Source of the DNA: Macrostomum hystrix
Lineage: Eukaryota; Animalia; Platyhelminthes
DNA length: 64,000 nt
NCBI GenBank assembly: GCA_950097015.1
Contig: CATNEN010000002.1
Span: forward strand, 7,812,001-7,876,000
Reading direction: 5' to 3'
The notes under the pieces were generated by a model. The model had not been told where the DNA came from. It saw only the letters and a program-made list of their open reading frames with translations, and ran no database searches. This document shows positions 60,042 through 64,000 of the stretch, piece after piece; position 1 is the first letter of the stretch; the number at the start of each line of letters is the position of its first letter. A program made the position numbers and the translations under genes.

Positions 60042-60612
60042 ATGGCTACCGCTGCTGCCACCGCTGGCAACAGGCTGCAGGCGTTGCTAAGCAGAGGCGT
60101 CAAGCCCATCATCGGCATGGTGCATGTGCGCCCCACTCTGGCTTCGCATCGCTACCGGGACCCGCACTCGCGGCTTGTGCAAGAGGCTGTGCGGGAAGCG
60201 GTGAGACGGGGCTTCAGTGAGACGTTGATGCGGGAAGGACAGGGAGAAGGTCTGTACAGCTGAGCTAACTTAAGTTGAAGTCATCGAACTGAGTTTACCA
60301 AGCGACCCACAGACCCACAGACCCACAGATGACGCTTGCCAGCCATGGAGTTCACTCAGTGTTCATCGAGAATATGCACGATGTGCCGTACCAGCGTGCC
60401 GAAGAGGCAGGGCCAGAGCTGTGCGCCTCCATGACAACAGTTGCTATGGAGATCCGACGCCACCTGCCGGACACACCGCTAGGCGTGCAGATTCTGTCAG
60501 GCTGCAATCGGGTTGCGCTGGCCGTTGCCAAGGCAACCGACTTGGACTTTGTTCGCGCTGAGGGTTTCGTATTCGCTCACGTCGGCGACGAGGGTGTGAC
60601 ACAGTCGTGCGC
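60042..60612 (+). CDS. BtpA/SgcQ-family TIM-barrel protein, 5' part (exons 60042-60200, 60329-~60612)
   Basis: PIIGMVHV, VFIENMHDVPY, PLGVQIL, A..VAKAT.LDFVRAEGFVFAHVGDEG match the BtpA family. The C-terminal half was not found in the window. Confidence 0.85.
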
Positions 60613-61446
60613 TGCCAAAGACAAGCCACCGATGGCCGGATTTCCAAGAAATTCTCTTTTTCTGCATTCAATGAAGCAGTGCTCAGTTTAACCTTGATTG
60701 TCACCTTGCAAGGTTCCCATTGTGTGGGATCACAGCAGGCAAACTTCCCTGCCCCAGCAATTCATCTGTTCCCCGCTTGACAAAGTTGACAGCGAAATAC
60801 TTTGTAGAAGTTTCTCTGGAAAGTCACCTTCAGCAGCCTATTCCTCTAATCCCATGAGCTGTAATTCCTAGGCTGGGAAATTTTTCGGAACATTCCTCTA
60901 AACTACGTGCTTAAAACTTTTTGCGTATTTCACTCATCGAAGCAAACAATTCAGAGCTGCTTCCAGACCCCAAAACATGTTTCAGGCTGAAATAAAATCG
61001 AAAGAGCCACTTGAAGCGAGCTGAGGATCGAAAATTGTTTTGCCCAATTCGCACTGCAACGTCAGACAATTCCAGTGCTGAGTTTGGACATCGTTAGTTC
61101 ACACAGGAGACATCATTACTCACCAGCTGATGGTAAACAGCCCAGGTTCATCCATTGGAGTCGCTCGAAGGGCTCGAAGCCCATCAAGGGCTTCGGTCGC
61201 GACCACTTCCGCTGTTTATACCGCAGTCTGAGGACCCTACTAACATGTAGTGCGCTGCTTAAAACACTTTGCTAAGGAATGGCTCAAGATTGACTTCAAA
61301 TATAATAATTTTTTAAGTTCCCACAAAAACATAAAAAGCTAAAATTCACACTAGGAACAAAATTTAGGTTTGTTGCTGTTTTGATTTGTCACTTCGTGGC
61401 TCTATAAGAACTGATGTCAATTTATGTCTGCGAACTATGCAAAGCA

Positions 61447-61665
61447 TGGCTGTTCGTCAGAGCGGTATGACACGTTTGCCTATCTCACCAAGGTCCCTGA
61501 GCTCGATTCCGTAGCGAGGCCACATTCATTTTTTGCGTAGCCATGGACAGAAGGCTGGGGGCTAGTCATGTATTAACCCCTATTATCTTCCTAGTATTGT
61601 AACTACATAATGAATAAGTCTACCTCGTGTGCCTAGTGGTCAGCGGAATGGGCAGAATTGCCTCC
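61447..61665 (+). mobile_element. SINE copy truncated by the LINE insertion
   Basis: CACCAAGGTCCCTGAGCTCGATTCCG..AGGCCACATTCATT as at 26783, ending at AATGGGCAGAATTGCCTCC directly against the LINE tail. Confidence 0.75.
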
Positions 61666-64000
61666 TTCTTCTTCTTCTTCTTCTTCGGGCGTGCGCGGGC
61701 CAGGGCCCATGGCACCGGGCATCAGATGATGCCCGCCTTCCCAAGCAGGGCCAGCACGGAAGCACAGCATTCAAAGACCGCAGCGGGCTCCGGGCAGGGG
61801 CCCCAGAGGCGGCAGCGGTGGGCGGTCAGGGCGGGGCAGGCGAGGAGCACGTGGGCCGCCGTCTCGTCGCCCTCGCCACAGAGTCGACAGGTGGGGGCCA
61901 CCGGGGCGCCAATCGCGGCCTGGAAGCCCCGGAGGGCATGGCAGCGGTCGGCGCGCAGCTGGCAGATCAGCCGCTCGTGCCGCCGCGAGAGGTCAGTCGG
62001 CGGAGGAGGCGGCAGGTGGCCCGAGGTGCAGGCGGCGTGCCAGGGCAGCGAGCTCGTGCCCGCAGCGTCGGCGGCCGCCGCGCGGTACAGCTGGTGCCAG
62101 CGGGCAAGGCAGTGGCCGCGAATGGCGGCCTGGGCCGCAGCCAGCGGGATGTGGGCCTCAGCCTGCGGCAGCGCGGAGCCGCGCTTGGCAATGGCATCGA
62201 CCGCCTCGTTGCCAGGGATGCCCGCGTGGCCCGGGACCCACTGCAGGTGGACAGCGACGCCTCCGGCTGCGAGGTGGGAGAGGCTGGCCCAGATGGCATC
62301 GGCAGTGGTGACGCCCGTCGAGCCGGGGCCAGACTCGAGCGCAGCCAGCGCACTCAGGGAGTCCGAGCACACGCGAACCGGCGACAGCTCGGCCGGGTCC
62401 GGTGCCGCCAACACCCACTGGAGGGCCTCGGCGATGGCCACCAGCTCAGCGTGGAAGCTGGACGTCACGTGACCGGCTGGGACGCACAGTGCCGTGTCGG
62501 GCTCGACCAGGGCGCCGCTGCCGCCGGCCGAGACGCCATCCTTTGCCGCTCCGTCGGTCCAGATGGCCGTGCGGGCGGGCGGCAGGCCTGCCAGCGTTAG
62601 CTCAGCCGCCGCTCTCCGTGCCTCAGGCGGGTCGCACCGGGAGGAGGGGGCGGACAGCTGCAGACCAAAGGTGACGGTGTCCAGGTTGGCCCAGGGAGGC
62701 GTCGCGGGGACAGCGCAAACGGGCTCGCGCGGGTAGCCGCTCAGGCCCGCGTCGGTGCTGACTCTGGTCGCCGTTTCCCGCCAGCCTCGGGCGCTCTGGA
62801 GGCGGCGGCGTGGGCCCTCGGCGGCCGCGCAGGCGAGCAGCGGGTTGTCGGGCGGGAGCCTGAGGGCGCGCTCGAGGAGAAGGCCGGCGTGCATCTCGGC
62901 GCGGACTGCCATCGGGGGCAGGCCGGCCTCTCGTTCTAGCACCTCCGACCTGGTGTTCCGAGGGCACCCGGTGATGACGCGCGCGCACAGGCGCTGGGCT
63001 CGGTCCAGCTGCTCAATGGCCGTCTTGCAGGCCGACGGCATCCAGGCGCCGGCCGCGTACTCCAGCACCGGCCGCACGTAGGCAGTGTAGAGCCGGCGCA
63101 CGTCGGTCTGCTTGGCGCCCCAGCTGCTACCGGAGAGCGCGGCCAGGACGCCGCACCGGGCGCGGGCGCGGCCTGCGACGTTGGCGGCGTGCGCGGTGAA
63201 GCTCAGCAGGCGGTCCAGGATGACGCCGAGAAACCGGGGCTGGCGGTCCGTCGCGAGGGGGGCGTCGTTCAGCTGCAGCCGCAGCTCCCGGCTGGCCTCA
63301 CCTGCGGTGGTGGAAAACAGGGATGCGGCGCACTTCTCCGGCGCCAGCTGCAGCCGCCACTTGTTTGCCCACTCGGCCGTCGCATCGATGGCCCGCTGCG
63401 CTTTCGCCTCGGCCTCCTCCACAGTCAGGCCTTGCACTGCAATGGCCAGGTCGTCCGCGTAGAGGAGCGGCGTGCAGTCGGGCGGCAGCTGGTCCGGCAG
63501 GTCGTTAATGAAAAGCGCGAAGAGCAGCGGGGCAAGAACGCTCCCCTGTGGTAAGCCCTCGCGGAAGAGCCGCCAGCTGCTCGTCGCGCCGTCGACCCTG
63601 ACGGCGGCCCTTCGGTCGGCCAGGAAGCTGCTGAGCCAGCGGACCCCGGCAGCCGGGATGCCCGCGGCGTGGAGCTTGTGCAGCAGGCCCTGCTTCCAGA
63701 CGGTGTCGTACGCCCTGCGGAAGTCGAACAGAACGACGACAGTCCGCCGGGCAGGGCTGGCCTGGTGACCATCACTGATGAGCTGGGTGAGCCTGGCGAT
63801 CTGGTCCTCGGTGCAGCGCCGCTTGCGGAAGCCGGCCTGAGCCGGGTGCAGCAGCTGCCGGGACTCGGCCCACCAGTAGAGCCGCGCTTGGACCAGGCGC
63901 TCGGCCAGCTTGGCCATGGCGGAGGTCAGGGCGATCGGCCGGTAGGAGCCAATCACGTCGGCCGGCTTGCCCTTCTTCAGGATCGGCACGACGTGGGCGC
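61666..64000 (-). mobile_element. Non-LTR retrotransposon (LINE) with RNase H, 3' portion, I/R1-supergroup type
   Basis: ORF2 runs off the window. Stop at 61722, ~35-nt 3' UTR, then (GAA)7 tail at 61666-61686. Confidence 0.93.
61722..64000 (-). CDS. LINE ORF2 (RT, RNase H, C-terminal CCHC), 5'-incomplete
   Basis: YRPIALTS, QAGFR, FDFRRAYDTVW, GLPQGSVLAPLLF, YADDLA, FLGVILD. RNase H IWTDGA, AELVAI, CSDSLSAL, WVPGHAGIPGNEAVDAIAK. C-terminal CRLCGEGDETAAHVLLAC. Confidence 0.95.
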   Translation of the reverse strand, partial: AHVVPILKKGKPADVIGSYRPIALTSAMAKLAERLVQARLYWWAESRQLLHPAQAGFRKRRCTEDQIARLTQLISDGHQASPARRTVVVLFDFRRAYDTVWKQGLLHKLHAAGIPAAGVRWLSSFLADRRAAVRVDGATSSWRLFREGLPQGSVLAPLLFALFINDLPDQLPPDCTPLLYADDLAIAVQGLTVEEAEAKAQRAIDATAEWANKWRLQLAPEKCAASLFSTTAGEASRELRLQLNDAPLATDRQPRFLGVILDRLLSFTAHAANVAGRARARCGVLAALSGSSWGAKQTDVRRLYTAYVRPVLEYAAGAWMPSACKTAIEQLDRAQRLCARVITGCPRNTRSEVLEREAGLPPMAVRAEMHAGLLLERALRLPPDNPLLACAAAEGPRRRLQSARGWRETATRVSTDAGLSGYPREPVCAVPATPPWANLDTVTFGLQLSAPSSRCDPPEARRAAAELTLAGLPPARTAIWTDGAAKDGVSAGGSGALVEPDTALCVPAGHVTSSFHAELVAIAEALQWVLAAPDPAELSPVRVCSDSLSALAALESGPGSTGVTTADAIWASLSHLAAGGVAVHLQWVPGHAGIPGNEAVDAIAKRGSALPQAEAHIPLAAAQAAIRGHCLARWHQLYRAAAADAAGTSSLPWHAACTSGHLPPPPPTDLSRRHERLICQLRADRCHALRGFQAAIGAPVAPTCRLCGEGDETAAHVLLACPALTAHRCRLWGPCPEPAAVFECCASVLALLGKAGII

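Overview
Gene-dense animal (eukaryotic) genomic DNA with GT-AG introns, GC-rich exons and AT-rich spacers. Almost every long intron carries its own 11-37 bp minisatellite; this style resembles the flatworm Macrostomum, but that is an inference. Host genes reconstructed exon by exon: a GABP-beta-like ankyrin protein (+), GTPBP6/HflX (+), SCFD2 (-), HINFP (-), seipin/BSCL2 (-), an SLC25A22/18-type mitochondrial glutamate carrier (-), an ABHD6-like alpha/beta hydrolase (+), a TBX1/10 T-box gene (+), a frameshifted secreted LamG/ConA-like gene (-) and the 5' part of a BtpA/SgcQ-family gene (+). Mobile DNA: (1) an intact, young BEL/Pao LTR retrotransposon (1474-7701) with 5-bp TSD and tRNAi-Met PBS but a C-tract where the polypurine tract should be; (2) a tandem LTR-int-LTR-int-LTR array of an internally deleted, gag-retaining Ty3/gypsy element inside a small carrier-gene intron; (3) a TTAA-flanked MITE present as an inverted pair around the T-box exons; (4) a tRNA-headed SINE family; (5) an RNase H-bearing LINE with a (GAA)n tail inserted into one SINE copy, running off the window end. 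Most long ORFs in the supplied track over repeats are artefacts of stop-free minisatellites. All family assignments are by-eye motif recognition; no database searches were run.
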